From Candidatus Moraniibacteriota bacterium (GTDB taxonomy: Bacteria > Patescibacteriota > Minisyncoccia > Moranbacterales > UBA2206), in NCBI GenBank assembly GCA_038203255.1, contig JBBREE010000002.1, positions 1-57,735 of the forward strand: DNA of 57,735 nucleotides. The letters are read 5' to 3'. Positions 33,676-43,504 of this stretch are shown in pieces (the first letter of the stretch is position 1; each line of letters starts with the position of its first letter). Made by a program: the position numbers and the translations under genes. Below the pieces are notes generated by a model. It worked only from the letters and a program-made list of their open reading frames with translations. It was not told where the DNA came from and searched no databases.

Positions 33676-35490
33676 ATGTCAAAAAAAGAAACCCCTGAAA
33701 AAATTGAAATCATCCGCCACTCAGTGGCGCACGTTCTGGCCACCGCGGTTTTGGAAATGTTTCCGGAAGCCAAATTCGCGATCGGTCCCGCCATTGAAAA
33801 CGGCTTCTACTATGATTTTGATCTGCCTCGCACTCTCATCCCGGAAGACTTGCCAATCCTTGAGGAAAAAATGAAAGCTATTATCAAAGCTAATCATAAA
33901 TTCGAACGGGCGGAAATTTCGATCGAAGAAGCTCTGGTAGATTTCAAGAAAGTTAAACAAGATTACAAAATTGAGCTACTTGAAGGACTTAAAGAAGAGG
34001 GTGAAAAACAAGTTTCCGTCTATAAAACCGGAGCTTTTATAGATCTTTGTCGCGGACCGCATTTGGAATCTACCGGCGAAATTAGATTTGACGCCTTTAA
34101 GCTCACCAAGATTTCCGGGGCCTATTGGAGAGGTGACGAAAAAAACAAAATGTTGCAACGAATTTATGGCGTAGCTTTTGAAAGCAAAGCGGAACTGAAA
34201 GAATATCTCCGTGTAATGGCCGAGGCGGAAAAAAGAGATCACCGGAAATTGGGAAAAGAATTGGATTTATTTCATATCGATGAATTGGTCGGGCTAGGCC
34301 TCCCTCTTTGGCATCCGAAAGGAGCCATCTTGTGGCGCGTTATCGAGGACTTTTGGTACGCCGAGCATCTCAAAAACGACTACGAATTGGTCCGCACTCC
34401 GCATATCGGCAACCGCTCGCTATGGGAAACTTCCGGCCATTGGGGATTTTATAATGAAAGTATGTATCCTCCGATGGAAGTGGGACAAACTTTAAAAGAC
34501 AGTCAGGAAGGACAAAAAACTAAAGACCCGGAACAATTTCTTCTAAAGCCCATGAATTGTCCTTTCCATATTGAAATATTCAAAGCCAATCCCCACTCTT
34601 ACAGGGATCTGCCTTTACGTTGGGCGGAATGTGGCACAGTTTACCGTTTTGAAAAGAAAGGCGAACTCTCTGGTCTCACTCGTGTACGAGGGTTCACGCA
34701 AGATGACGCCCATATCATTTGTCGCGCCGATCAAGTGGAAGAAGAACTAAAAAAAGTAGTTGATTTCATTCTCTTCATTTATGCTTCTTTCGGTTTTAAA
34801 ATTGAAGACGTGAATGTTTATCTTTCTGTTCGAGATCCCGAGGAGACTAAATACGCCGGAGATGAAAAAGGCTGGAAGTTCACTGAGGAAATTTTGGAGA
34901 AAGTGGCCACGGAGAAAAAATTAAATGTCACTAAAGACATCGGTGGAGCAGTTTTTTATGGACCAAAATTAGACTTTAAAGTGAAAGATGCCATCGGCCG
35001 CGAATGGCAATGCTCGACCTTGCAATTCGACTTTAACCTACCGGAAAGATTTGATATGACTTTTGCCAACGACCAAGGAGAAAAAGAAAGACCCTACATG
35101 CTTCACCGCGCTCTTTTCGGATCATTTGAAAGATTTATCGGCGTACTCATCGAACACTATGCCGGCGCTTTCCCAACTTGGCTCGCCCCTGTGCAGGTCA
35201 TTATCCTTCCAATTTCTGAAGAAAAATTTGGAGCTTATGCCAAAGACGTCCAGAAAAAATTGTTAACTGCCGGCCTCCGCGTTTCAGTCGACAACTCCGC
35301 TGAATCCCTCGGCAAACGCATCCGCATCGCCAAAATGCAAAAAGTGCCGTATATTTTAGTAGTGGGAGAAAAAGAAATGACTGATAACTTGGTGGCAGTG
35401 AACCCCAGAGGGGAAGATTCTAAGCAGGAAGTGATGGGGGTTGAAGAGTTTTTAGAGAGAATTACGAATGAAATCAAGGAAAAGAAATAG
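33676..35490 (+). CDS. thrS: threonyl-tRNA synthetase (starts at the second additional/editing-like domain; no TGS domain)
   Basis: 604 aa; HSVAHVLATAV, RDHRKLGKELDLF, class II motifs FRFEKKGELSGLTRVRGFTQDDAH, GAFP. Confidence 0.9.
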   Translation: MSKKETPEKIEIIRHSVAHVLATAVLEMFPEAKFAIGPAIENGFYYDFDLPRTLIPEDLPILEEKMKAIIKANHKFERAEISIEEALVDFKKVKQDYKIELLEGLKEEGEKQVSVYKTGAFIDLCRGPHLESTGEIRFDAFKLTKISGAYWRGDEKNKMLQRIYGVAFESKAELKEYLRVMAEAEKRDHRKLGKELDLFHIDELVGLGLPLWHPKGAILWRVIEDFWYAEHLKNDYELVRTPHIGNRSLWETSGHWGFYNESMYPPMEVGQTLKDSQEGQKTKDPEQFLLKPMNCPFHIEIFKANPHSYRDLPLRWAECGTVYRFEKKGELSGLTRVRGFTQDDAHIICRADQVEEELKKVVDFILFIYASFGFKIEDVNVYLSVRDPEETKYAGDEKGWKFTEEILEKVATEKKLNVTKDIGGAVFYGPKLDFKVKDAIGREWQCSTLQFDFNLPERFDMTFANDQGEKERPYMLHRALFGSFERFIGVLIEHYAGAFPTWLAPVQVIILPISEEKFGAYAKDVQKKLLTAGLRVSVDNSAESLGKRIRIAKMQKVPYILVVGEKEMTDNLVAVNPRGEDSKQEVMGVEEFLERITNEIKEKK

Positions 35491-35658
35491 TTTTAGTATT
35501 TTATATTATGCATTATAATTCAAGCCATGTGGAGTGCGACACTATAAATTCGAGCGAGTTTGCGTTAAGAATTTACTCATAGTTGGTCTTTTTAGAGGTA
35601 GCTAGTAAATTTAGCAAACGAGCGATGAATTTATTGGCGCACGTAACTGGATTGAGAG

Positions 35659-35753
35659 TTCTTTTTGTTACTTTTTCTTGCGGAAAGAAAAAGTAAGCGG
35701 TGTTCTTTTGCGGAAAAAGAAAAATAAGCCCGGTTCTTGCAAGAAATAAAGTC
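35659..35753. repeat. imperfect tandem about 31-nt repeats TTCTT(T)TGCGGAAA(AA)GAAAAAnTAAGC.. upstream of miaB
   Basis: Read directly: 2 full and 1-2 partial units, each with a small TTCTT/AAGAA hairpin. Confidence 0.6.
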
Positions 35754-35757
35754 AATT

Positions 35758-37101
35758 ATGAAATATTATATAAAAACCTTCGGTTGCCAAATGAACGTCT
35801 CCGATTCCGAAAGAATCGCCAGCTTTTTAGAAGCGCAAAATTTTCAACCGGCTAAAAAAATCACTCAAGCTGATTTAGTCATTTTTAACACTTGCGGAAT
35901 CAGGAAGATGGCTGAGGACCGCGCCTATGGTCAAATTCACAATGTTTGGAAGAATAACAAAAAAGCAAAAATAATCCTGACCGGATGTCTGGCTAACCGC
36001 AAAGATATCCAAGAAAAATTAAAAAACAAAGTGGATTTATTTTGTGAAATTAAAGATTTCCCCTTTGTCATTGCGAGCGTAGTGAAGCAATCTAGTAATA
36101 TTAAGATTGGCCTTGCTAAGAATGAGATTGCTTCGTCCACTACGCTCCCTCGCAATGACAACTACTTATGCATCCCGCCTAAATATTCCAATTCCTTCCA
36201 AGCCTACGTCCCCATTATGACCGGCTGTAACAATTTCTGCTCGTATTGCGTCGTCCCTTATGCTCGCGGAAGAGAAACTTCCAGGCCGGTCGAAGAAATT
36301 TTGACTGAAATCAAAGGCCTCATTAAAAACGGCGTAAAAGAAATCACCCTTCTGGGCCAAAACGTGAATAGCTATAAAGGTAAAGATCAAAAATCAAAAG
36401 AAACTAGTTTTTCACAATTGCTTAAAATGACAGATGCTATTCCTGGTGATTTCTGGATTAGGTTTATGTCTCCACATCCCAAGGACATGACGGACAATCT
36501 GATTGAAACCATCACTAGTTTGGAAAAAGTCTGCGAAGCGGTGCATCTCCCCTTGCAAGCCGGAGATGATACAGTTCTCGCTCGGATGAACCGCGCATAT
36601 TCCCGCACGCACTATTTAGGCTTAGTTGAAAAAATCAAAAAAGGTTTCGAGAAAAACAAACCAGGGGCAATTTTCTCTTTGTCTTCTGATATCATTGTCG
36701 GCTTCCCCGGCGAAACCAAAGCGCAATTGGAAAAAACGGCGAGCGTTATGAGGAAATCGAAATTTGATATGGTATATTTTGGCCAATTTTCCCGGCGCCC
36801 TGGGACAGTCGCTTGGGAGATGAAAGATAATATCACAAAGGCTGAAAAAGTCGAGCGCGAAAAATATCTCAATGAAATTCTAGCTAAAACCGCCTTGGCG
36901 AATAATAAAAAATATCTCAAAAAAACTTTTCCGGTGCTTGTTACAAATGAAAAAAAAGGGAATTATTTCGGAACTACTCGGACGCTCAAAAATGTGAAAA
37001 TAAAAACCAATGAAAAAAATCTCCTAGGAAAATTTGTTGACGTAAAAATAATAAATGTTACTGCTTGGCATTTGGAAGGAGAAATATATGCAAAACAATA
37101 A
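35758..37101 (+). CDS. miaB: tRNA-i6A37 methylthiotransferase MiaB
   Basis: MKYYIKTFGCQMNVSDSE (MTTase N domain), radical SAM CNNFCSYC, C-terminal TRAM. The track start at 35737 is TTG; the ATG at 35758 is preferred. Confidence 0.9.
   Translation: MKYYIKTFGCQMNVSDSERIASFLEAQNFQPAKKITQADLVIFNTCGIRKMAEDRAYGQIHNVWKNNKKAKIILTGCLANRKDIQEKLKNKVDLFCEIKDFPFVIASVVKQSSNIKIGLAKNEIASSTTLPRNDNYLCIPPKYSNSFQAYVPIMTGCNNFCSYCVVPYARGRETSRPVEEILTEIKGLIKNGVKEITLLGQNVNSYKGKDQKSKETSFSQLLKMTDAIPGDFWIRFMSPHPKDMTDNLIETITSLEKVCEAVHLPLQAGDDTVLARMNRAYSRTHYLGLVEKIKKGFEKNKPGAIFSLSSDIIVGFPGETKAQLEKTASVMRKSKFDMVYFGQFSRRPGTVAWEMKDNITKAEKVEREKYLNEILAKTALANNKKYLKKTFPVLVTNEKKGNYFGTTRTLKNVKIKTNEKNLLGKFVDVKIINVTAWHLEGEIYAKQ
36067..36159. 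repeat. 93-bp inverted-repeat element in frame within miaB (31 codons)
   Basis: GTCATTGCGAGCGTAGTGAAGCAATC ... GATTGCTTCGTCCACTACGCTCCCTCGCAATGAC. It encodes VIASVVKQSSNIKIGLAKNEIASSTTLPRND in the linker before the radical SAM domain. Confidence 0.8.
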
Positions 37102-38083
37102 AATCATCGTCATCCTCGGCCCGACTGCTTCCGGAAAATCAGGCACGGCTATTAAACTGGCCAAAAAATTCAATGGCGAGATTATCTCGGCCGATTCACG
37201 GCAAATTTATCGCGGGATGGACATCGGCACTGGAAAAATCGAAAGCGATTTCCCTAGTGCAATTTCAAAATCCAAATTAAAAATTTCAAATAAAGATAAA
37301 CCCTTCATATCTTCCGGCATCCCCCACTACGCCATTGACATTGTGAGTCCACGTACTGATTATAACGTGGCGACATTCAAAAAATACGCCGACAGAGTTA
37401 TCACTGACATCTTGTCACGTGGCAAAGTGCCCATCATCGCCGGAGGCACCGGATTTTGGATAAAATCAATTGTTGATAATGTGACTTATCCGGAAGTCGC
37501 GCCTGACCCCGTGTTACGATTCTTGCTACGTAACAAGACCACCGAAGAACTTTTTTCCATGCTTCAAAAATTAGACCCGGTACGTGCCGTGTCTATCGAC
37601 GCCAAAAACCCCGTGCGACTTGTGCGAGCCATCGAGATTTGCAAAACCCTAGGAAAAGTCCCAAGGCAAGGTGAGACATCTGATGTCCCTAATGCCTTTG
37701 GACATCGGATGTCCAAAATTTTTCATAAAGAATTCCTCCAAATCGGCATCCTAAGGGGCAAAGAAGCTTTGGCCGAACGCATTAAATTAAACATCAAAAA
37801 AAGATTTGAAGCTGGTATGATTTCCGAAGTGGAAAAATTACATGCCAAAGGACTAAGTTGGAAAAAAATAGAAAGTTTCGGTCTCTCCTATCGCCTCATC
37901 CCGCAATTTTTGCGTGGCGAAATTAAAAGCGAAGAAGACTTATTGGAAAAAATATACCTCGCCGAAAAAGACTACGCCAAACGTCAGCTCACTTGGTTCA
38001 AAAAAGATAAACGAATTATCTGGATGACCGATTATGAAAAAATAGAAAAGACCGTCCAAGAATTCTTAGTATCTAGTATTTAG
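37088..38083 (+). CDS. miaA: tRNA dimethylallyltransferase MiaA
   Basis: MQNNKIIVILGPTASGKS P-loop, DSRQIYRGMDIGTGK. SD GGAAGGAG before the ATG at 37088. Overlaps the miaB end by 14 nt. Confidence 0.9.
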   Translation: MQNNKIIVILGPTASGKSGTAIKLAKKFNGEIISADSRQIYRGMDIGTGKIESDFPSAISKSKLKISNKDKPFISSGIPHYAIDIVSPRTDYNVATFKKYADRVITDILSRGKVPIIAGGTGFWIKSIVDNVTYPEVAPDPVLRFLLRNKTTEELFSMLQKLDPVRAVSIDAKNPVRLVRAIEICKTLGKVPRQGETSDVPNAFGHRMSKIFHKEFLQIGILRGKEALAERIKLNIKKRFEAGMISEVEKLHAKGLSWKKIESFGLSYRLIPQFLRGEIKSEEDLLEKIYLAEKDYAKRQLTWFKKDKRIIWMTDYEKIEKTVQEFLVSSI

Positions 38084-38104
38084 TATTTAGTATTTAAAAT
38101 TCAA

Positions 38105-38132
38105 GGCGGTTGGGTCCTTTGGACCAACCGCC
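38105..38132. terminator. strong GC hairpin terminator between miaA and the convergent small ORF
   Basis: GGCGGTTGGGTCC-TTT-GGACCAACCGCC. Confidence 0.7.
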
Positions 38133-38139
38133 TCTACTT

Positions 38140-38349
38140 TTATCTTCTGCCCGTAACCCGCGGACAGCCAAAATGAACAAACTTCATCCCTGCCGATGAT
38201 CCACGGCCCTGAGGGTCTGATGATATTCGCTCGCTATCAGCTATGCGACCGGCTACCTCAAGCATCCCTTTTTTGATAATGCGCGTAGGATCTTGCACGC
38301 GTGGACAATCATCAATATTGTCATACGGACAACCTTTTCCATCACACAT
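38140..38349 (-). CDS. small Cys-containing hypothetical protein (69 aa)
   Basis: Good SD (AGAGGTGA) 4 nt before the ATG. No family recognised. Confidence 0.45.
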   Translation of the reverse strand: MCDGKGCPYDNIDDCPRVQDPTRIIKKGMLEVAGRIADSERISSDPQGRGSSAGMKFVHFGCPRVTGRR

Positions 38350-38446
38350 AAATCACCTCTCTTCTGTTCATTTTTTAGAACAAACGAAAAAACTTCGCTG
38401 AGTTTTTCAATCTATCCCCTTTTACACTTCCAGATAATTTATCATC

Positions 38447-38480
38447 AAAAAAGCTTTCCGTCAATGGGAAAGCTTTTTTT
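38447..38480. terminator. bidirectional terminator after gatB
   Basis: AAAAAAGCTTTCC-gtcaat-GGGAAAGCTTTTTTT. Confidence 0.7.
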
Positions 38481-38485
38481 CTCTT

Positions 38486-39955
38486 CTATTTAATTTTTTT
38501 CCTAATCAACTCCATCGCACTTTGCGGATTAGCCTTACCACCGGACTCTTTCATTACTTGCCCCATCAAAAATTTCAAAACATTTTCTTTGCCGGATTTA
38601 ACGGCCGCAACTGAGTCTTCATTTTCGGCCAAAACTTTTTCCACCATTTTTTCCAGTTCGTCTCCGTTGTCCAACTGCGCCAAATTTTTCTCGGAAATTA
38701 TTTGCGAAGGATCTCCACCGGTGCGGTACATTTCCAAAAGCACCGTTTGCGCCGCTGAAGAATTGATTTTCCCCGCCGTTACAATGCAAATAAATTCCGC
38801 ATAATTTTCCGGCGTGATTTTCACATCTTTCAAATTTCCTTCGTGTTCGGCCATATGTTTCCTCAGTTCCGTTATGATGTAGTTGGCCGCTTGTCGCAAG
38901 GCTTTTTCTTTTTCAATGGCAAATTCCTTAGCCGTAATTTTCTCCAAAATTTCACTGGCCGTGTTTTCAAAATACTCAGCCAAATCACGCGACGCCGTAA
39001 TGACAACTACGTCGTCCTTCGGCAGGGAATATTCCTTTTTAAATCTTGCCATTTTTTGGTCCGGCAATTCCGGTAATTTTCTTTTCAAATCAGAAACATA
39101 CTCCTGGGTAAATTCAAAAGGAGGAATGTCCGGCTCTGGGAAATAGCGATAATCGTGAGCTGATTCTTTCTTCCTCTGTGAGACAGTTTCTCCTTTCGCC
39201 GCATCCCATCCCCGCGTTTCTTGCACGATTTCCTCGCCTTTTTCCAACGCTTCAGTTTGTCTTTCAATTTCAAAGGCGATGGCTTTTTCCACAAAACGAA
39301 AAGAATTGATGTTTTTCACTTCCACTTTCGTCCCGGACAATTTTTCTTCCCCATCTTTATAAAGTGAAATGTTGGCCTCGCACCGCATATGCCCTCTTTC
39401 CATATCCGCGTCCGAGATTTCCAAATAACGACAAATCTGTTGCAATTTCTGGCAAAAAAGTCGAGCCTCTTCACCGGTTTCAATGTCCGGTTCCGTCACC
39501 AACTCCATCAAAGGCACGCAAGCACGATTAAAATCCACTAAAGTATAGTCTACCCCTTTCGGATGAATGAGTTTCCCCGTGTCTTCTTCCAAATGAATAC
39601 GCGTCACTCCAATTTCCTTGTCGCCTATTTTCAATTTCCCTTTTTCACAAAATGGTTGGTCGTATTGAGAAATCTGATAACCTTTTGGCAAATCCGGATA
39701 AAAATAGTTTTTACGGTCGAACTTTGATTTCAAACGCAGTTCGCACCCAAGAGCCAAACCGGCCAATTGCACAAATTCAATGGCTTGAAAGTTAGGCACC
39801 GGTAAAGCGCCGGGTTGCCCCGTGCAAACCGGGCAAATATTCACGTTGGGATGTTCCTCCATTCCCATCCCATTTTTGCACGCACAAAACATCTTCGAAG
39901 CCGTTTTCAACTCCACGTGCACTTCCATTCCAATAACCGGGGTGTATTTTGCCAT
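38486..39955 (-). CDS. gatB: Asp-tRNA(Asn)/Glu-tRNA(Gln) amidotransferase subunit B
   Basis: MAKYTPVIGMEVHVELKT.., NICPVCTGQPGALP, C-terminal GatB/YqeY domain. The ATG at 39955 is preferred over the track start at 39973. Confidence 0.9.
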   Translation of the reverse strand: MAKYTPVIGMEVHVELKTASKMFCACKNGMGMEEHPNVNICPVCTGQPGALPVPNFQAIEFVQLAGLALGCELRLKSKFDRKNYFYPDLPKGYQISQYDQPFCEKGKLKIGDKEIGVTRIHLEEDTGKLIHPKGVDYTLVDFNRACVPLMELVTEPDIETGEEARLFCQKLQQICRYLEISDADMERGHMRCEANISLYKDGEEKLSGTKVEVKNINSFRFVEKAIAFEIERQTEALEKGEEIVQETRGWDAAKGETVSQRKKESAHDYRYFPEPDIPPFEFTQEYVSDLKRKLPELPDQKMARFKKEYSLPKDDVVVITASRDLAEYFENTASEILEKITAKEFAIEKEKALRQAANYIITELRKHMAEHEGNLKDVKITPENYAEFICIVTAGKINSSAAQTVLLEMYRTGGDPSQIISEKNLAQLDNGDELEKMVEKVLAENEDSVAAVKSGKENVLKFLMGQVMKESGGKANPQSAMELIRKKIK

Positions 39956-40028
39956 ATTCAAATATTTTATCAAGCTTATTCCCTACCCTACTATTCTAGC
40001 CAATATATCCTAATTTAGCAACATTTAA

Positions 40029-40358
40029 TCATCTATTATCTCCATCTCCGCCTAATTTTCCACGTTCCATTCGACTATATAATTTTTCGATATTCTTCTC
40101 AGCAATATCATCTAAATCCAGCTTTAATTCCGTTGCAATTTGAGAAACATACCACAAGACGTCCCCCAGTTCTTTTTCGATGGATAATTTTGTTTCCGCA
40201 TCAACCACTCCACCTTTGTCCCTGATAACTTTTTTTATCTTTTCCGCTACCTCCCCTGCCTCGCCCGCTAGCCCAAGAGTAGGATAGATAAAATTATTGT
40301 CAGCATCAGGATACGCCGCTGTCACGCGAGATTTTTTTTGATATTGTTCAAAGTTCAT
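40029..40358 (-). CDS. MazG-like nucleoside triphosphate pyrophosphohydrolase
   Basis: 109 aa; GLAGEAGEVAEKIKK and ELGDVLWY motifs. Confidence 0.8.
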   Translation of the reverse strand: MNFEQYQKKSRVTAAYPDADNNFIYPTLGLAGEAGEVAEKIKKVIRDKGGVVDAETKLSIEKELGDVLWYVSQIATELKLDLDDIAEKNIEKLYSRMERGKLGGDGDNR

Positions 40359-40361
40359 AAT

Positions 40362-40976
40362 TTATTTTAAAAATTTATCAATAATTTTAACTATATCTTG
40401 CGAAACTTCTTCTACAGTCTGCTCGCCATTGATCACATAGAAATTCTTAAATTTTTTATCTTTACTTATTTTGTCATAAGTTTTAATTATCTTTTCCAGT
40501 TTTTTTTCTTTTTCAAATAGTTCAGTTCTAAATCTACTCCCGTTTATCCTGCGCATACATTCCTTAGGAGAAACTCTTATAAAGAAAGTAATATCCGGAT
40601 TAGGAAATTTTTCATTTATTTTTTGCAACCATGCTAAATCATTATTAAGAGATCCAAAGGCAAAAGTTGAAAAATAATATCTGCTTGATATAACTGTATT
40701 ACCAGCCTCTATGGCTGGAAATATTTCTGATTCCAAGTGATGTGCCCTATCAGCCGCATAAAGCAATTGGAGGCCAGTGTTACTCAACTTCCACTGATGA
40801 GTAAGTATCCCCCTAATCAGTCCACCTACTATATTATTTGTCGGTTCAGTTGTCGTATGAACTTTTTTCTTTTTAGCTTTTAAATATTTCTCCAATAAAG
40901 CAATCTGCGTTGATTGCCCAGAGCCGTCCAATCCTTCAAAAACGATAAATTTCCCTTTTTTCATATTAGTATACAA
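40362..40976 (-). CDS. tmk: thymidylate kinase
   Basis: FIVFEGLDGSGQSTQ P-loop; DRAHH-type DR motif. Confidence 0.85.
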   Translation of the reverse strand: MYTNMKKGKFIVFEGLDGSGQSTQIALLEKYLKAKKKKVHTTTEPTNNIVGGLIRGILTHQWKLSNTGLQLLYAADRAHHLESEIFPAIEAGNTVISSRYYFSTFAFGSLNNDLAWLQKINEKFPNPDITFFIRVSPKECMRRINGSRFRTELFEKEKKLEKIIKTYDKISKDKKFKNFYVINGEQTVEEVSQDIVKIIDKFLK

Positions 40977-41466
40977 CTTTATATTTAAGCACTACTGAAT
41001 CATCATTTATTTTTTCACATTCGATTAGTTTAAGGTCAACATTAAAATCTCCCTTAAAAAGTGAAAGTCCGTCACCAAAAATTTTCGGCTCCACTGTCAC
41101 ATAAATTTCATCAATTAATTTTTTCTCAAGAAACATCCCATTCACCGCCGCGCCTCCGCCCAAAATAGCTGTTTCATACCCTTCTTTTTCCAAATCTTTC
41201 AAAACATCCTCCGGTTCGCCTTTAACCCATCTCACATCCGGGGTTTCTGGTGGATTTTCCTGCATCGTGAAAACCACGTGCAACCTGTCTTTCAACGGCG
41301 CCGGAAAAGTAGCGAAAGTTTTATCTCCCATAATGACCACTCCAACTTCTTTGGAAACACGTTGAAAAAACTTTTTATCTTCTCGGCTCGTCCAATCAGG
41401 AAAATGCGAACTGGTTTTAGCAATTCTTCCGTCCATCGTCATTGCCATCACTAAAATAATTTTCAT
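40966..41466 (-). CDS. dihydrofolate reductase-like protein (RibD C-terminal domain family)
   Basis: 166 aa; MKIILVMAMTMDGRIA.., ILGGGAAVNGMFL. Confidence 0.65.
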   Translation of the reverse strand: MKIILVMAMTMDGRIAKTSSHFPDWTSREDKKFFQRVSKEVGVVIMGDKTFATFPAPLKDRLHVVFTMQENPPETPDVRWVKGEPEDVLKDLEKEGYETAILGGGAAVNGMFLEKKLIDEIYVTVEPKIFGDGLSLFKGDFNVDLKLIECEKINDDSVVLKYKVVY

Positions 41467-41481
41467 AAAAATATTTTTTAA

Positions 41482-42294
41482 TTATATAGCAATTGGCGCC
41501 TTGATGGCCGGATCAGCTTCATATCCTTCCAGCTCAAAGTCTTCATATTTAAAATCAAAAATGTCTTTTACTTTCGGATTAATTTTCATTGTGGGTAGTT
41601 TTTTCGGAGTGCGAGTAAGTTGCAAATCCACCTGCTCAAAATGATTATTGTAAATATGCACATCGCCCAAAGTATGCACAAAATCTCCAAGCTCTAAATT
41701 ACAAGCCTGCGCCATCATCATAGTGAGAAGTGCATAGGAAGCGATATTGAAAGGAACACCTAAAAAAACATCGCAACTTCTTTGATAAAGTTGGCAGGAT
41801 AATTTTCCATTTGCCACATAGAATTGAAAGAGTAAATGACAAGGTGGAGGGGAAGTTTTTTTGCCGGCAATAAGTTGACGCAAATCCGCGACATTCCAAC
41901 CACTCACGATGATTCTTCGCGAATCCGGGTTTTTCCTGATCATTTCCTGCACTTCGGCAATCTGATTTATCTTTGTTCCATCCGTCGCCTCCCAACGAAT
42001 CCATTGTTTTCCATAAATCGGCCCCAATTCCCCATTTTCATCCGCCCATTCATCCCAAATCGTCACTCCATTATCATTTAAATATTTTACATTAGTATCA
42101 CCCTTTAGAAACCAAAGCAATTCATAAATAATTGACTTAAGGTGCATTTTTTTGGTCGTCAATAGCGGGAATCCCTTACTTAAATCAAATCTCATTTGAT
42201 ATCCGAACAAACTGCGTGTCCCCGTGCCTGTCCTATCCATTTTATCATTCCCTGTTTCTTTGATCGCCTTGAGTAAATCCAAATATTGTTGCAT
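41482..42294 (-). CDS. thyA: thymidylate synthase ThyA
   Basis: [36 protein letters not shown] (catalytic Cys), [19 protein letters not shown] (Asn means dUMP-specific). Confidence 0.92.
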   Translation of the reverse strand: MQQYLDLLKAIKETGNDKMDRTGTGTRSLFGYQMRFDLSKGFPLLTTKKMHLKSIIYELLWFLKGDTNVKYLNDNGVTIWDEWADENGELGPIYGKQWIRWEATDGTKINQIAEVQEMIRKNPDSRRIIVSGWNVADLRQLIAGKKTSPPPCHLLFQFYVANGKLSCQLYQRSCDVFLGVPFNIASYALLTMMMAQACNLELGDFVHTLGDVHIYNNHFEQVDLQLTRTPKKLPTMKINPKVKDIFDFKYEDFELEGYEADPAIKAPIAI

Positions 42295-42298
42295 AATT

Positions 42299-42850
42299 TT
42301 ATTTTAATTTATTAATTATTTCGTCAATTTGTAAATATAAATCTTCTAAATCATTATCATTATTGATAATAAAATCAGCCTTATTTTTTAAGTCCTTAAT
42401 TTGTCTTTCTGCTTCACGTTCATGGTCATTTTTAAATTCTTCAAAAGTTTTTGTTGCATCATCAGTATTTTCTCCACGCCGTGTAATTCTCTCATAAGCC
42501 TTTTCCATATCAGTATCAATATAGACAAGTTTGAACCCAGGAATCTTCTGTAAATAGCTAATATCATCCATACGACGTACTCCATCAATAGCAACCACGC
42601 TATGAACGTCATTTTCCACGTCTTTGGCAATGACCGCCGAAAGAATGTCACTAAAAAAATTATCCCTAAAAATAGTAGATAATTTTTGCAGATTCTCTCT
42701 TTTTTCTTCCAAATACATCCGCTTTGCCACATCGCGAAGAGCCGTTGAGAAACGATGCGCTCCTCCCTGATATTTATCTACTATATATTTAGCCGAAGTT
42801 CCCTTCCCGCTCGCAATCTCTCCAGCTAAACCTAAGATTATTTTTGACAT
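42299..42850 (-). CDS. P-loop nucleotide kinase (CoaE / dNMP-kinase-like), paralogue 1
   Basis: [19 protein letters not shown]-loop at the N-terminus. The alternative GTG start at 42877 overlaps the deaminase stop. Confidence 0.55.
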   Translation of the reverse strand: MSKIILGLAGEIASGKGTSAKYIVDKYQGGAHRFSTALRDVAKRMYLEEKRENLQKLSTIFRDNFFSDILSAVIAKDVENDVHSVVAIDGVRRMDDISYLQKIPGFKLVYIDTDMEKAYERITRRGENTDDATKTFEEFKNDHEREAERQIKDLKNKADFIINNDNDLEDLYLQIDEIINKLK

Positions 42851-42873
42851 ACTATTTTCTGTTTTTTTATAAA

Positions 42874-43365
42874 TCACATATTATCATAAGTTTCCATTTC
42901 ATTTTTTGCCAGAGAATATTCTATGTTGGCCTCCGCAAAAATTTCCTTGCTTCTTTGTCCCTTATGATAATCCAACTCACTAACCACCCTCTTTATGCCA
43001 GAGTTAATTATCATTTTAGCGCAAACATAACACGGGGTCATATGACAATATAACGTCCCACCTTCAAGAGCCACTCCAAACCTCGCGGCATTAGCAATAG
43101 CGTTCTGCTCAGCATGGGCAGTTCTTATGCAATGCTGTGATTCTGTGCCATCTTTATTTATAACTGTGTGCATTTCATGGCCAACTTCATCACAATGAGG
43201 TAATTTAATCGGAGAACCTACATATCCGGTTACTAAAATCCTATTATCTCTTACAATCACACAGCCAGATCTTCCCCGATTGCAAGTCCCTCTTCCGCCG
43301 ACAACCTTGACTAACTCTAAAAAATATTCATCCCAAGAAAACCTCTTGTATTTTTCTTTTTCCAT
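42874..43365 (-). CDS. dCMP deaminase (ComEB type)
   Basis: HAEQNAI and PCYVCAKMI zinc motifs. Confidence 0.85.
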   Translation of the reverse strand: MEKEKYKRFSWDEYFLELVKVVGGRGTCNRGRSGCVIVRDNRILVTGYVGSPIKLPHCDEVGHEMHTVINKDGTESQHCIRTAHAEQNAIANAARFGVALEGGTLYCHMTPCYVCAKMIINSGIKRVVSELDYHKGQRSKEIFAEANIEYSLAKNEMETYDNM

Positions 43366-43504
43366 ATTTTAATATTTCCCCTAAAAGTATACTTATCTTT
43401 CTATTTTACTATCTTTCACATCATCGGTCAAAATTGACAAAGTTTCTTTTTTATCCCACAAAAAAACACCTCCGAAAAGGTGTTTTTGTGCTAAATACCA
43501 AATA

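Noticed and set aside
41482-42294. Possibility that the ThyA homologue is a dCMP or dUMP hydroxymethylase, making the cluster a DNA hypermodification pathway.
   Set aside because: The substrate-discriminating residue in [16 protein letters not shown] is Asn, as in dUMP-specific ThyA. The catalytic PCH and GKQW motifs are canonical. No glycosyl- or amino-transferase genes accompany the cluster.
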